From Escherichia phage vB_EcoM_JNE01: a stretch of DNA of 64,000 nt. Below the pieces are notes generated by a model, which saw only the letters and a list, made by a program, of their open reading frames with translations, was not told the DNA's origin and ran no database searches. Both the position numbers and the translations under genes were made by a program. Shown here one piece after another: positions 63,639-64,000 of the stretch. The DNA lies in the sequence record OR670491; one strand, 5' to 3'. Each line of letters starts with the position of its first letter. The first letter of the stretch is position 1.

Positions 63639-64000
63639 AACACCTAAGCATATTATTAAAGTACTTGAATTCATGTTAACTAAAGTACAAAAAACAATAG
63701 AGAATGGTATTAAAAAATCTATATACGTTAATGGAAAAGATTCTCTACTTATTATCCATCCTGATGGTCAATGCACTTTGCAGTACAATACTGACCGTAA
63801 AATCACTATGTTAAATGAAAACCTTCAGTACGTAAGTGATAGTGTTTCAAGGATTATCATCAGGGGTGATACATTCTTCCTATCTTCACCGAACTCAATG
63901 AAGTTGTATCCAGTCAACGATGTTATTGAATATGAGGATGCAGAAAAATATGATTTGACTGGTTTCAAGACCGAAGAAGGTCGCTTCATGTTAAGTACAC
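63625..64000 (+). CDS. hypothetical protein, 3' partial (runs off window end)
   Basis: ATG at 63625, frame open to position 64000; not in ORF track because no stop. Confidence 0.45.
   Translation, partial: MENIKTPKHIIKVLEFMLTKVQKTIENGIKKSIYVNGKDSLLIIHPDGQCTLQYNTDRKITMLNENLQYVSDSVSRIIIRGDTFFLSSPNSMKLYPVNDVIEYEDAEKYDLTGFKTEEGRFMLST

Overview
AT-rich (~35% GC by eye) segment that looks like a large virulent bacteriophage genome, with bacterial sigma70-type promoters, strong Shine-Dalgarno sites and hairpin terminators. No rRNA, tRNA or CRISPR array was recognised. The window is dominated by tandem arrays of diversified paralogs. (1) 1.6-4.4 kb: eight small multi-pass membrane proteins. (2) 5.7-17.0 kb, minus strand: nine RCC1-like beta-propeller genes sharing a near-invariant 12-aa N-terminus (MLPF[AV]R[ML][VF][KD]Y[GA]N), each with its own conserved upstream motif and AGTACT-containing terminator hairpin; one copy is frameshifted. 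(3) 17.0-21.0 kb: about 16 translationally coupled 60-80 aa genes with an N-terminal HxEYY and C-terminal YY..L.LI[FY][KR]Y signature. (4) 21.0-23.1 kb: a roughly 2 kb non-coding, repeat-rich region. (5) 23.1-42.4 kb: more than 50 small genes, most with a private promoter followed by a GC-rich hairpin at the 5' end of the transcript; among them a TraR/DksA-type zinc finger, a protein-kinase-like protein, a GNAT-like protein and a secreted protein. This region also carries ten co-oriented E. coli Chi octamers (GCTGGTGG). (6) 42.6-48.0 kb: about 21 overlapping ~80 aa genes with an LGTNYQE motif. (7) 47.5-64.0 kb, plus outliers at 4.8 and 18.3 kb: about 30 genes with a central E-x-[FY]-FQ-[YQL]-S motif in two alternating size classes. 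All coordinates were derived by hand from the sequence and the ORF track; starts were moved to SD-linked ATGs where the track had extended them upstream. Functional calls rest on motif recognition only and no database search was run.
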